This document shows positions 25,176 to 39,983 of a stretch of DNA of 64,000 nt, in pieces (position 1 is the first letter of the stretch; every line of letters starts with the position of its first letter). Under the pieces are notes generated by a model that was not told the origin of the DNA, did no database searches, and saw only the letters and a list, made by a program, of their open reading frames with translations. The stretch lies in assembly GCF_009914755.1 (NCBI RefSeq), contig NC_060935.1; one strand, given 5' to 3'. The stretch is from the human T2T-CHM13v2.0 reference genome, Homo sapiens. The translations under genes and the position numbers were made by a program.

Positions 25176-25996
25176 CTGTAAGGAGAAGAACAGATATAAA
25201 AACTATGCTCACTCATCTATAAGAGACAGTTTAATTTTTTTTGCAGTTTAGGAAATAAATCACTGGGAAAAGAGGGCTTTGCTCAGTAGAGCGGCTCTAA
25301 TATTTAACCCGCAAACAACCCATTCTCCTTGTCAACTGTTCATGTCTGTGAGTGGCAGAAATCACTGTTTTCATTTCACTAACTGTAAGCTCTTTGAGAT
25401 GGGAACCATGCCTCTTCTGTTGAGTGCTACATACCCAAGATCCATCAGTGACTGGCCCACAGAAGACTATCATCAAATAGGTGTTGGATGAATAAGTTTT
25501 TTAAAAAAGAAATGCAATGTATTTTAGCACAAGTATACCCAGAGAGGAAATCAGGTATTTAAAATTCTTGGAGAATGAAAGAAACAGTAGTAAATTATAA
25601 GTACAGCTATATCCTGACTAGTTATAAAAGTTAGTTTCCACCCTGGACAAAACAATTGCTAAATCTCAGTTCAGTTCTGCATCAGGCCAGGATTCTGATT
25701 TCTCCTCTGAGGCTGGATAATTGTGTTTCTGGGAGTGAAGTGCTCATGATGGGGGTTGAGAGGGGGCTGTGCATGCTCTTACCTTTCTAATTCTGAAGCC
25801 AGCTTAAGGCGACCAAGTACTGGATAAAGCAAGCATGTGTGTGTTTATGTGTGTGTGCCAGGAATTGGGGGCTTCTGTTGGGGGAGATGTTCATTCATTC
25901 ATTTATTCACTTACTCATTCCACAAATATTTATTGAGTACCCATGTGTGCCAGACCCTATGCTACCCACTGGATAGAGAGAAGTTAACAAGAGAAG

Positions 25997-26078
25997 CTGA
26001 CTTTTTTGGGGAGTGGAGGGGTAGGGAGTGAGAAACATTGTTCATGCTCCCCACCCTTCTACTCCCTAAAAAAGTCAG
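25997..26078 (-). ncRNA. MIR3162: pre-miRNA hairpin hsa-mir-3162 in OSBP intron 7
   Basis: 82-nt fold-back CTGACTTTTTT...AAAAAAGTCAG with arms of about 32 bp; the minus strand matches my recollection of mir-3162 (UUAGGGAGUAGAAGGGUGGGGAG). Confidence 0.85.
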
Positions 26079-26861
26079 CTTCAAAATTAACTTTGAAATT
26101 TTAAATGATTTTACTATGTAAAAATTCACTATAAAACAAGTCAGGTTCCCAAGTTAGTCCATAAAGCTTATTTAATTAACAATATAGATGAACAAGTCTA
26201 AATATTATTAGCCTGAGTTCTAAGTCCAGAGAACAAAAGAAGAAAGAAAAAATTCCCTTTTAGTGAATGGTTCTGGCCTTAAGCAACGCTTTACTTAAAC
26301 AAACAAAAAAAACACAACACTTTTCTTTCTGATGTTCCATCTCTTTTGGCATTTTTGTTCACCCTTCTACCCACCAATCTCTGAGCTACATATTACCCTA
26401 ATATTTGCTATCCCCCCACCGCCCGCTCAATCATGAAATTAATATCGTATAATTTTTAACTGTAAAAAACTTTGAAAACAAAGTATCAAGGAAAAAATTT
26501 TCTTGAAATGAGATCACCACTATTAACATTTTCAGTTTGTTTCTATACATTCATACATTTTTAAAAGTAATAAACTTGGCCACGTGTGGTGGCTCATGCT
26601 TACAATCCTAGCACTTTGAGAGGCTGAGGCAAGCGGATTGCTTGTGCTCAGCAGTTTGAGACCAGCCTGGGAAACATGGCAAAACACCATCTCTATAAAA
26701 AAAAAACACAAAAATTAGCACGGTGTGGTGGCGTGCACCTGTAGTCTCAGTTACTTGGGAGGCTGAGGTGGGATGATGGCTTGAGCCCAGGAAGCAGAAG
26801 TTGCAGTGAGCCAAGATCATGCCACTGCACTCCAGCCTGGGCAACAGAGCGAGACTCTGTC

Positions 26862-26918
<57 letters not shown>

Positions 26919-27931
26919 AATTCATAAACTAGAGCCTGCTTTTTCTCTGAGAAATATCCCAAATGTTTCTCTGTGAACATTTTCCAGTGAACACAGAGCC
27001 ACAGAGCCAACAACACTCATCCTTTGAGAAATAGGACCCACCAAAACAGTGTGCCATACCCCAGAGCCCTCTTCCCTACACTGAAAGACAAGCAGTATGA
27101 TGACACAAATGCACACTGAGGGGTGGCGCGCTGCAAAAGCCATAATCCTCGATTCTTTTTAAAGAGGGCACTTATTAACTACACCCAATAAAATCTGTCC
27201 GTGGCAGAATTTAGACAATACGAAGTAACATTTCCATACATTTTGAGGAAAACTGGGGACAGGCAGTGTACTCCACTGGTGGTACTAGACATACCAGCAG
27301 TGCATGGGACTAGAATCAGCACATTGCTATCACTGCTTTTCACACACACACAGCCTTGCCCATCAACAACCAGTTTCTCCAAAAGTGCCAAGCTTCTTAT
27401 AATGGTCATTTTATTACTCAAAAGCCAAACAGGGAAAGAAATGAGTCTGAGTATTTAAAGTAGAAGGAAGCAGGGAGCTATACAGCTGATGAAAAATTAG
27501 GCACCCAAAAAAAAAAAAGACAACCCAGAGATTAGCAGCAACAGGAAGCCATAACCATTGGTAGGGTGGAGAGATGGGGAGAAGCAGCAGTATTACTACA
27601 GCCTAGAGGTGGGGGTCCAAGAGAGGAGGATCAGGAGAATGTAAAACATCAAGGCAGGGGAGGCCTCTCCAGTGAAAACTAGAGCCACGTAGGTGCGCCA
27701 GAGCACCACTCAAGAGGGCATAGAGGGAGAGACTTCCCACGGCTATAACCTCCTACTGGTATCTTGCATTAGTGAAGCCCAGCCAGACTCCAGTAGCCAC
27801 GGAAGCCTGAAAAAACACTTCCTAGAGGGATTAGTTTTCCTGTGTTACAGCCTAGAGTAGGGGAAGGGTGAGGACTTGATCTGCGGGCAAACAGGTACAG
27901 GACTGTACATTCTTAAAGGCAAGATCAATAA

Positions 27932-28201
<270 letters not shown>

Positions 28202-28482
28202 TGATCCGCCTGCCTCAGCCTCCCAAAGTGCTGGGATTTTTTTACAGGTGTGGGCCACCGCGCATGGCACCAGAAGCTGTTTCTAAGCAGGAACTACATT
28301 CCTGAGACTGCAATGACATGCCTTTCCAGTCCACTTTCCCACTACTCCCTTCAAGGCACCTAATACTCCAGACAAGTGGGGTTTCTTTTCAAGCCCCCAA
28401 TAAACTAATTATTATTTTAGGTTTATCCTAAGGCTACTCATGGCCTTTTCTTATCTGAAGGTCAACCTTTTTTTCCTTTTGA

Positions 28483-28623
<141 letters not shown>

Positions 28624-29481
28624 TAACTTATTACTATTTTGTTTTGAGAGACAGTCTCGCTTGTTGTCAAGGCTGGAATGTAGTGGCACCATCTCGACTC
28701 ACTACAACCTCTGCCTCCAGGGTTCAAGCCATTCTCATGCCTCAGCATCCTGAGTAGCTGGGGCTACAGGCTCGTGCCACCATGCCCCACTAATTTTTTC
28801 TATTTTAGTAGAGACAGGGTTTCACCATGTTGCCTAGGCTGGTCTCGAACTCCTGAGCTCAGACAATCCACCCATCTTGGTCTCCCAAAGCGCTAGGATT
28901 ACAGGCATGAGCCACTGTGCCCAGCCGAATTTTTTATTATTTTAGAGACAGGGTCTCCCCACGTTGCCCAGACTGGTCTTGAAGTCTTGGACTCAAGCAG
29001 TCCTCCTGCCTCAGTCTCCCAAGTGTTGCGTTGCACCCAGCCCAACACTTCTCTAACAAAAATTCTACATATTTGTACATAAACCTATTTGTTTTCCAAG
29101 ACCCAGTTAATTACTTCGACATTTGCTAAATGATTTATACATGCCAGGCACAGGGCTAAGCATCAAGGTTATAAACACCATCAAGACGTAGCCCCTGATC
29201 ACAAGGAACGCAGTCTATGAAGAGGCAGAAACCACACATTGGTCCATAGCTTCAAGAGGGTAGGGAGAATGCCTTCTGTATTTTTGTAGGCTTAGTAGCT
29301 GGCTGTGGACAAAACCTGTAGCCACTCGCCCATCCCCACCATCCATTCTTCCATTCTTCTACAACTGGTAGAACCCTTAATTTTTCACAAGGCCATGCCA
29401 TCCAGAACAGAAGTCTTCATTTCTAGCCTTCTCTCCAGCTAACTGTGGCCATATAGCTAAGTTTTAGCCACACAGATTTAA

Positions 29482-29877
<396 letters not shown>

Positions 29878-30044
29878 TGATGACTCAAGCTGGAGCAGCC
29901 ACTTTGGGCCTGAGGACTGAGGCCAAAGGCAGCAGAGCCCCAGGACAGAAAGAAGCCTGGCTCTGACACCATAGAGTATGGCACTAGCCCTGGACCACCT
30001 ACTTCTGGGCTTGAACATAATGAGTTAAGCCAACATTTGTTTAA

Positions 30045-30312
30045 GGCAGAGGTTGACAACTTTTTCTGCAAAGGGCTGGATAGCAAATATTTAGGCTTTG
30101 AGGGCCATATGGTCTTTGTCACAACCACTTAACACTGCTGTTATAGGATGAAAGCAGCTGCAGATGATACGTAAATGAAAGAGTATCATTGTGCTCCTAT
30201 AAAATGTCATGGATGTTAACAACTGAATTCATCTAATTTTCACATCACAAACTATTATGCTTCTTAGATGGTAGCCAGAGTTGGCCTGAGGGCCTTAGTG
30301 TGATGACCCCTG
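30045..30312. mobile_element. MER58-like hAT element
   Basis: CAGAGGTTGACAACTTTTTCTG.AAAGGGC...AAATATTTAGGCTTTG.GGGCCATATGGTC...GACCCCTG. Confidence 0.7.
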
Positions 30313-31416
30313 GCTTAAACTGATATATTTTGAATTTTTTTTTTTGTCTCCCCAACCCCACAGTTGGCCCCATGAATTTGTTTCTTTAATAAATTGAACC
30401 TATATCTTCTATACCTAACTGAAAACTAGCGCAACATCAGGCAAATAGTAGGCACCCAGAAAATGCTTGTGAAATGAACAAGCAGTGATACACACTGTTT
30501 ACACCATCAACAGTGGAACTTGTTGGAACACAAAGGAGAGACATTTCATCCTGACAGGATGCACTGGAGGTTTGCTGAAAAAGACACACTATAGCTGCAT
30601 CCTCAAGAAATGGGTATTAGCCACAGCAGAAAAAAAGTGGCAAGTGTTAATAGGGAACTGACAAAAGTCTAGGCAGAAAGAGCAGTGTGTACAAATGCCC
30701 TGAGGGAAAGGACAGGATGCCTGAAGGAAATCCTAATGACTAGAACTTGGGATGCGTGGGGTAGAGCCTCGCCCATGGGGAGGAGTTACCAAGCCCCCTA
30801 AGGTATCTGGACTATGATGAAAGCAATGAAGATCCAGTAAAGGATTTTCAGCTGAGGACTGACATGACTACATTTGACATTTTTCAAAAATCACTTTGAC
30901 AACAGTGTAGACAGACTGGAGGAAGACATGACGGGGCAGAGAGGTCAGCCCAAACACCATCTTTGCCATGGGGATGGTCATCTGTCTGGTTTGAATGAGC
31001 GATTTTTGCTTCTGTGTTCCCTAAGCCTTTGTCTGTGTCGTACTTTCCATAATACTATCACAGAAAATAATGTTTTCTACCTGTTTTCATGTCTGTCTCT
31101 TTTAAACTACACACTTCTTGAAAACAGAAACTATGATGTATTTATCTTTGCATGTCCCCAGTGCATCTAGCATAGGAATTTGCTCAAAAATAACTGCTAC
31201 TGAGCATATACATCTGATTCTAGGTGATCTGGGAACATATCAGATCCAGAGCCAAAATTAAAGCAGCTAAATTTATGGAACAGTTTATGATTATAAAGGT
31301 AAAAAAGACCATGCCACAAACTGCCGCACAAGTGGGTGGGGCTGTCATATCAGCACTCTTCCCACTGAGGCTTGAGAGGAACTCCTGGCAGCAGCTCCAG
31401 TGTGCAAGAACCTTAC

Positions 31417-31548
31417 CGGCATGGGGATCTTAGAGAGTTCTTTTCCAATGCAGTTCTTCATGATGCTCCATAAATTGAGGCTATAGTTTGGCTTGTATGG
31501 TATTCTGGTTCTCTTTTCCTTTTTGGTCTCCTCCAGCTGATGCTTGTA
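31417..31548 (-). CDS. OSBP: OSBP exon 7 (132 nt), start of the ORD lipid-binding domain
   Basis: ctcag|TAC...CCG|GTAAGG; YKHQLEETKKEKRTRIP...KELSKIPMP. Confidence 0.98.
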
Positions 31549-31739
31549 CTGAGAGCAAAACAAAGCCATTCAACCACCCACAAAGAACAGAAAACCTGGT
31601 ATTTATAACCTTCCCTTCCCCCGTGCTAAAAAAAGAAAAAAAAATCAGTTTCTCTTAGCACTTCACAAAAAAAAAAAAAAAATCCTTGGGAATCACAACC
31701 CACGTCCCTCACCTCTGAGATCTCCCATATAAGAATTAC

Positions 31740-31794
31740 CTGTTCATCAAGGCTGATGTCACTGCTGGCTCCACTGATATTGCTGCCAGTACGT
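31740..31794 (-). CDS. OSBP: OSBP exon 6 (55 nt), Ser-rich linker
   Basis: tacag|ACG...CAG|GTAATT; RTGSNISGASSDISLDEQ; too short for the ORF track but restores the frame. Confidence 0.97.
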
Positions 31795-32204
31795 CTGTAC
31801 AGATGGGAAACACAGGAGAATTAGAACAAAGACCAGAACTAGAGTGTGGTCCTGGACATTTCTTTACAAAGCAGAATGCCAAGTACACTGTATAAACTTA
31901 TTGATGGGTGATCAAATGACGACATTTAGAGTAGGAATGAATTTAAGTATCTCTGGAGAATTTGTTTACGTAAAAAAGCTGACATTTTTTCACTTACTTA
32001 AGAAAAAGGGCCCATTCTACAAAGAGATCTTGAGACAAAAAAAAAAAAAAAAAAAAGGGAAAAGGGCCCAGATTCAATATTGACAATTATAATACTCTCA
32101 CTGAAATGTTTTTAACCTTTTGATGGTTAAAATATGATGCTAAAATACCACCATATTGATGGTGAAGATATGTTTATTTGCTTCAACAATCAAGGATAAC
32201 TCAC

Positions 32205-32307
32205 TTGTGGCCCAAATTTTCAGGCATGGTGATGATCTCAGGTGCATCAAAAAATTCATTCTCATCATCTTCATCGCTCATGTCCCCTTTGCCAGAGCAG
32301 CACTGAT
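32205..32307 (-). CDS. OSBP: OSBP exon 5 (103 nt) with the FFAT motif EFFDAPE (32237-32257), which binds VAP
   Basis: tgtag|ATC...CAA|GTGAGT; DQCCSGKGDMSDEDDENEFFDAPEIITMPENLGHK. Confidence 0.98.
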
Positions 32308-32561
32308 CTACAAGAAGAAAAGCCCCATTTGTTGACTTTGGTTATCTTTACCAAATGTCTGATATAGCAAGTTCTTTTAAATACTAACCACAAACACAGC
32401 AAAAAATGGTAGAAAGCAGTGGAAAATCCAGAATAAATCAATGGGTTCCAATTCCATTTCACATGACTCATTGACTGTGAAGAGTTTGGAGTTCTCCTAT
32501 CAACTGCAGAAAACCATCTGGCTCACCTTAGACCAGGCTACCTGAGAGCTAAGTGTCTTAC

Positions 32562-32760
32562 CTTTACCAGAACCCACATTGCCAGGAGTGTTTGCCGGCA
32601 GCACCGTGGCTCCTCGGAAGGCCCTCTCCAGGTGATTATGCTGCTTCGCCAGCTGCTCGAGGGTTTCTTCCAGTCGGATACGCTGGTCTCTTTCATACTG
32701 TAGTGACTTTTGCCATTTTTTACTATGGGTCTGGGCTAACATGAGGAAATCTCTGCAGGC
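32562..32760 (-). CDS. OSBP: OSBP exon 4 (199 nt), dimerisation coiled coil
   Basis: tacag|GCC...AAAG|GTAAG; ACRDFLMLAQTHSKKWQ...GNVGSGK. Confidence 0.98.
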
Positions 32761-35405
32761 CTGTATGGAGAAAGCGTTGACTGTGTCAGCTCAACTAGTC
32801 AGAGTTTCCCCTCAGGCTTCTGCAAGCCCATTGAGTAACCTTATTCTGGGAACTTTTAACTGGCAAATTACAATGAAAGACTTTCCCTTTTATGCCAAGG
32901 TATCAGGGACAGCTAGCTCCACGCTGAAATCAAGGTCAAACCCAGAAAAAAAGTAAATATGGTTGTCATGGTTCTTTTACACTTTCCTGGTCACGAGAAC
33001 CAAACAAATGCCAAGTGAGCAGTAAACCCAGACGAAGTATTTGTGACAACATCAAAAAGAGCAGGTATGTGAACTGCACCAAAAGTAGAGAACTGCTGAC
33101 TGAAAGAAGGATGAGAGCACACACAGGATAACTGCTTTCAACAAATTCTTGACTAAACTCAAGTAACTGAAAGCTAAGGACTTCAGACACTGAGAACAGA
33201 GAATCCACACTGAGGTAGACCAAGTATGGGGAAACTCATTTGGTTTTTATTTTGGTCACTAAGAGAAACAACTGACCTTAAAAATTAGGAGCCTTCAGTG
33301 TGCAGGAAGAAGGTTTAAAAAGAAAAATATTAGAAGCCTACTTGAAAAATCAAAGAAGAGGTTTAGAGAAAAAACCCACAAATATGATTATATCAAGTCC
33401 CTCCACTGGCTCCCCACTAACATGAGGATCAAATACTAACTACTGGTTATGAACATAAAGAGACCTTCATAATACGGCCATCACCTGCCTTGTATTCTCC
33501 TCGCCAGGCATGTGTACTTAGCACTGCACCCTACAATGCAGCCACACTGAACTGCTCACCATTTCTTGCACACAGATTTCTGGCACAGTCTGGAGTAGAG
33601 TGCAGATCACAGCTCACTGCAGCCTCAACCTCGTCGGGCTCAGGTGATCCTCCTACCTTAGCCCCGCTGAGCAGTTGGGACTACAGTTATGTACCACCAT
33701 GGCCGACTAATTTTTGTATTTTGTAGAGATGGAATTTTGCCTTGTTACCCAGACTAGTATCGAACTCACGGACTCAAGTGATCTACCCATCTCAGCCTCC
33801 CAAAGTGTTGGGATTACAGGCATGAGCCACTGTGCCCAGTCGTGGACACAGATTTCTTTCAGGCCTACATACCTCAGCATATGCTATTCACTCTACCTAG
33901 AATGTCCATCCCTATCCCCTGTTTCTAAGAAAGGGCAAATCTTTCTTTAAGATCTATGGCAAATGCTACTTTGTGACATCTCCCCACCAGTCTCATAAGC
34001 AGCCAGTCTCTTCTCTACATTTCCACTGCATTTTGCACAAACTTCTATTTTACACATGCACAGCAGTATCGTGACTGATTTTCTATCTCTCCAGATGGAT
34101 CACATGCAATTTAAAAACACATTTTTGAGTTTATTCATATATAGATCTCCAGCTCCTAATTTAGTTGCTCTGTACATAATAGGGATCTGATAAAGTTTGC
34201 TTAATAAATAAATAAAGGAAGGAGGCAAGCAACGTAAGCTTAAAAATCTATTCCCTGTTACAGAGAAGCTAAAAGGTAAACAGGATATTTACTCCCATGG
34301 TTTCAACCACTGCCTATAGGCTAATGGCTACTAAATCACTAATTCTAGCCCAGCACTTACTGAGATTCAGAATAGAATATCCAACTCCCTATTCAACGGC
34401 TCAAAGTAACTTCAAAATTAATGCATCCCAAAGTGAACTCATCACCTTCAGTTTTTTTTTTTTTTTTTTTTTTTTTTGAGACATGTTCTTGCTCTGTCAC
34501 CCAGGTTGGAGTGCAGTGGCACAATCATGGCTCACTGCAGCCTCAACCTCACAAGTTCAAGTGATCCTCCTACCTGAGCCTCCCAAGTAGCTGGGACTAC
34601 AGGCATGAGCCACAATGCCCAGCTAATTTTTGTAGTTAATATAGAGGTGGGATTCTGCCATGTTGCTCAGGCTAATCTTTCAACTCCCAGGCTCAAGTGA
34701 TCCACACCTGGGACTACAGGTGTGAGGCACCACACCCAGCCTCATCAGTTTCCTATGTTGTCTCTGCTTTTCCCTTTGATGTTCCCCAATCCAACTTTCA
34801 GGGCCCTCCCAGTTGTCCAAGCCAGAAAATTAAGGGGCATCCTTCTCTTACTTTTGCTTCCTTCCTCACAGCCAGTTATCAAGTCCTATTGATTCTTCTT
34901 TAATATTTTAAAAATCTGTACATGTCTTTCCATCCTCCTTACTCAGAAACAGTACAGAGTGCATACTCTGGAGTTGGACCGGTAGGGCTCAAATCACAGA
35001 TCCATCCCACTATCTAGCTGTACAAATAAGGGTAAGTTATTTAACCTCTCTGTGCCTCATCTTCCTTTTCCATAAACAAATAGTAACAATAGAGTAACTA
35101 CCTCAAAGAGTCGTTGTTTTACATGTAAGCACTTAGAACCACATTAGGCTCACAATAAACATTCAATAAGGTGTTAGTTATTATAATTATAAGCTGGGCA
35201 TGGTAGCTCACGTATGTAAAACACTTTGGAAAGCCAAGACAGAAGGAGTACCTGAGACCAGGAGTTTAAGATCAGCCTGGACAACATACAAGACCCCATC
35301 TCTATATAAAAATTAAAAAAAGATATAAAAATTTAAAAAAGAGGCTGGGTATAGTGGCTTACACCTTTAATCCCAGCACTTTGGGAGGCCGAGGCAGGCA
35401 AATCA

Positions 35406-35561
<156 letters not shown>

Positions 35562-35873
35562 TTACAGTGAACCAAGATTGTGCACTGCACTCCAGCCTGG
35601 GTGACAAAGCAAGACTCTGTCTCAAAAAAAAAGTTGAGTGTAGCAGCTCTGCCTGTAGTCCCAGCTACTCAGAAGGCTGAGGAGTGAGACTCACTTGAGC
35701 CTGGGTGCTCAAGGCTGCAGTGAGCTATGATGGTGCCACTGCACTCCAGCCTGGGTGAGAGAGCAATACTCTGTCTCTAAAAAAAAAAGAAAAAGGCCGA
35801 GCACAGTGGCTCATGTCTGTAATCCCAGCACTTTGGGAGGCCTAGGCAGGTGGATCACAAGGTCAGGAGTTCA

Positions 35874-36092
<219 letters not shown>

Positions 36093-36492
36093 TTATGACT
36101 GCATCCAAATTGGTCTCATCTTCTAATCCACTACTACCAAGCTTAGTTGGTATGATCTGCAGCCCTTTCTCTCCCCCACAATTAACTCCTCCCAAGCCTC
36201 ATGCTAGCTGCTTCCTTGCTCGACTAACAGTCAATTACCAGCAGTTCCCAGACTTTGGGGAAAGGGATAGATCTGAATATCCCATACCACTACCTGGATC
36301 AAAGCTTCTCCCTCATTCCCTTTTATTTCATTTATTTATTTATTTATTTTTGAGACAGAGTCTCGCTCTGTCACCCAGGCTACAGAGTGCAGTGCTACGA
36401 TCTCAGCTCACTGCAACCTCCGCCTCCTGGGTTCAAGTGATTCTCATGCCTCAGTCACCATGTCTGGCTAATTTTTTTATTTCTTTTAGTAG

Positions 36493-36699
<207 letters not shown>

Positions 36700-37272
36700 T
36701 GACAAAAGCCTTTCAACAAGCCTTTGAAGTATCTGCTAGTATCATTACCATTTACAGATAAGGAATTGATGTCACAGAGGATGCAGGTTGCCCCAAGTTA
36801 TACACATAGGTCATAGAGGCAGTTGGACGGGATGCAGGTTGCCTCAAGTTACAGAGATAGGTCATGAAGGCAGTTGGACTCCAGGCCCCAAGCTCTAGCT
36901 TGCCTTTCTTCATAGGAAGACTCTCACTGCTCCTTCAGAATTTAGTTGAGGAAATTAGAGAAATTTCCTAGTCTGAGCCAAATACTTCCAAAGTGCTATA
37001 CCATAGCAGCCTGTGCTCATTTCTATCAAGTCACTCAACATAGTCCATAATGATCCCTTTAATTCTCCATCCCTCACTAAATAGTGATCTTCCTGAGGAC
37101 ACGGACCATATCTGCCCTCAGCAATATCCACTAGCACAGTTCGTGGAACACAGCTCATGCTCAATAGATGGCAGATGAATATACTAAAAGTGTCAAATTT
37201 AATTCTCTGATCAGATTCACTTTGACAGTTAGAAAAGCTCTATCCTAAGCAGTCAAGAAACTGAAACGGCCA

Positions 37273-37612
37273 TAAAAAAAAAACAATATCATGTCCTTTG
37301 CAGCAACATGAATGCAACTGGAGGCCAATATCCTAACTGAATTAATGCAGACACAGAAAAAAAAAAAAAACACATCTTCTCACTTATAAGTGGGAGCTAA
37401 ACATTGGGTACACACCAACACAAAGACAGAAACAATAAACACTAGGGATTCCAAAAGTGGGGAGGAAGAGAACCAAAGGTTGAAAAACTACCTGTTGCGT
37501 ACTACGTTCACTACTTGGGCAATGGGATAATTAGAAGCCCAAACCTCAGCATCACGCAATATACCTATGTAACAAACCTGCACACGTGCCCCTTGAATCA
37601 AAAATTAAATTA
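37273..37612 (+). mobile_element. L1 3'-end fragment in intron 3
   Basis: ATCATGTCCTTTGCAGCAACATG, CACTTATAAGTGGGAGCTAAAC and GTAACAAACCTGCAC motifs. Confidence 0.85.
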
Positions 37613-39406
37613 ATTTTTAAAGAAGTAATTGAGTGAAACATATTCTTCCTTTGATATAACTTTGCCCGTTTAGAGCTGTGATGCTCTAGCATGTTAATTT
37701 TTAACACGTGTATTATACTTAAGGCCTTGCTAGTATCATACTAAAAGGTACAAAGGAAACAACACAGGGATAAAAAATGTATTTTAAGCAATAACTGGCT
37801 AGGAAAAGGGCACAGGCAGTGCAGCAAGAGAGTAAAGAATGAAAACAGAACTCATCTCTGACTTCCAAGAGATCATTCCCTTTAACACAAACTCTGGACA
37901 CTTAGAACTTAGGGAAGAATTTCCCCAAGGAACAAAGATGAGTACATTTTCAAGAGAAAAATTGAAACTAAAGGTTTAGGTTTATAAAGGGATGCTTTAC
38001 TTAGCAAAATTTTTACATCAAGGTAAAAAAAAAATTATGGATTGGGGTGTTCCTCTGATTTGGATAAAAGGTGGCATTCACTCTCAGGAGACCATTGTGC
38101 CGAGTTGTTTTATTTAAAAAGTATACGTATTTACTATTTAATTGACTGTATGACTTAATGAGGTTTTCCTGATCACAAGGGGACTGGAAAACCAGGCACA
38201 CAGTCTCCAGGAATACACGACCAGACATCAGAAACACAAGCACCCTGACTGGCTGACTGGTCAGTCCTAGGAGATAATCTTCCTGCAGTCCCTAAGTGGA
38301 GAATGTAATTTGTCTTTTTACTTTGTGTGAATCACAGCACTGAAGATAGTGTTAAACATATCAGAAAAATGATGTTAAAATAAAGGTTATCCAACTATCT
38401 ATTAAGTAAGAAAGGGGTTAAATGAGAAAAACGATACTTTCCCATGGTCATGGGAAAGTCTGGCACTAGAGAGGTAATTTCATCCCATTTAATTAGGAAA
38501 AAAAAAATCTACCCTACATAATTTCTCACAGAGTACTCTTCTCACTTATGAAATGCCTTTGAATGTTTTTATGCAGAAGGTAACTAAAACAACCTGCCAG
38601 GCAAGAATCAGTAGAGGAAAAGCAGCACTGTTTAAACCATGTATTCACTTCATACGTATCAATACATCGGTAATGCCATGGGTGCTCTGTTTACTCAGAG
38701 TCTTGCACCCAAGCAGCTAAAATGTTCTGCAAACCAACAACAGCCACCCAAGTTAGGAGTCATAAGGAGGCTGAAGTTTTACCACTCTTTTTAAAGAAAA
38801 GTGCCCAAAGTTGAATATTTTGTCTTATCATCGAAATTATCCTCGAATTCAAGGACTAAAGATGGGAATAACTAGTACTATAAGGTTCTCACTAGTACCT
38901 GATCTAGCCTCCACTTACCACCCTTTATGCCTGAATGCGTTAGTAAAGTAAGGAGATGACTCCAACTCAAAGCTCAAAGAACATGACAATGGAAGGGACT
39001 CAGGGAGATCTTTTAGTTCCAACAGATGAAATGAGACAAAAATAAATAAATACATACATACATACATACATACATACATAAAATCACGACCTAGAGAAAT
39101 TAAGGGACTCAGCTAATACTGATCAGATGTCCTAGTGGTTGCAGAGCAGTCAGTGAAGGAACCCTGGACTCCTGATTCCCAGCTGCAGCAAAGACCTCCT
39201 GATCACTTAAGCAGAGCATGAAAGTCATTCAATCTGTACAGCCTGTTCTATTTCATGCAGTAAACAATGTAACTTAAAGCCCTTGACCAGTGAAGCAGGC
39301 CCTAATGTTCTGTGCTTTATCAATTACAATTTTTAGGCATTTGGGGAGAATTATGTTTCAAAGAGGGAATGAATCAAAAAGCAACACAGACACCATCTGC
39401 ACTCAC

Positions 39407-39657
39407 GTTGATCATGGCATTGGATGTTATCCTAAAGAGTGTGGCTCGTTCGTTGACCTGTTTGATCTTTTCATTGCTCTCAGCAGGCAACTTCAGGGAC
39501 TCCAGCTCACTGAGAGAACGCTGCAGAGCTGTGCCATGCTTAGCTATCAAGTCATTGCACGTGCTCAAGTCCTCTACTTTGCTAGAGAGGGTCCGAAGGG
39601 TATTCTGCAGCTCAGTCTTGTCAGTTTGTGAGACAGACTCTTCATCTCCTGATTCAT
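39407..39657 (-). CDS. OSBP: OSBP exon 3 (251 nt), coiled-coil region
   Basis: ctacag|ATG...AAC|GTGAGT; DESGDEESVSQTDK...TSNAMIN. Confidence 0.98.
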
Positions 39658-39792
39658 CTGTAGGAATGAAAAGAAAGGTTATATGATTCCAGAACCAGGA
39701 GTGACAGTTGGAACCCTACCTACTCTGTCCAGAAACAAACCAACATTCCTCATGCTGTGTGCATTCTGACTCACTGAAAACTTGCCATTACC

Positions 39793-39983
39793 AGATGGTT
39801 TCTCTATAGTGTGGTCCACAGATCACCTGCACCACAAACACCCCAGGTCCTTCTCAAAGGGGCAGAGTCTCTAGGCCCACCCCTAGAGACTTCAATTTAG
39901 CTGGTGTGAGGCAAAGCCCAGGAATCTGCCTTTCTAATAAGCTGCCCAGGTAACTGACACACACTGAAGTTTGAAAACCACTG
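39793..39983. mobile_element. MER5A-like hAT element
   Basis: AGTGTGGTCC...GGCCCACCC...GCCCAGGAATCTG...GTTTGAAAACCACTG. Confidence 0.7.

Noticed and set aside
32521-32568. Possible alternative donors near the end of exon 4 (TG|GTAAAG 6 nt upstream; AG|GTGAGC 35 nt downstream)
   Set aside because: The canonical AAG|GTAAG donor gives the exact 807-aa frame; the sequence alone gives no evidence the others are used
36779-36879. Diverged 51-bp tandem duplication (also a 23-bp one near 2576-2622)
   Set aside because: Ordinary old slippage duplications in MIR-like or intergenic DNA
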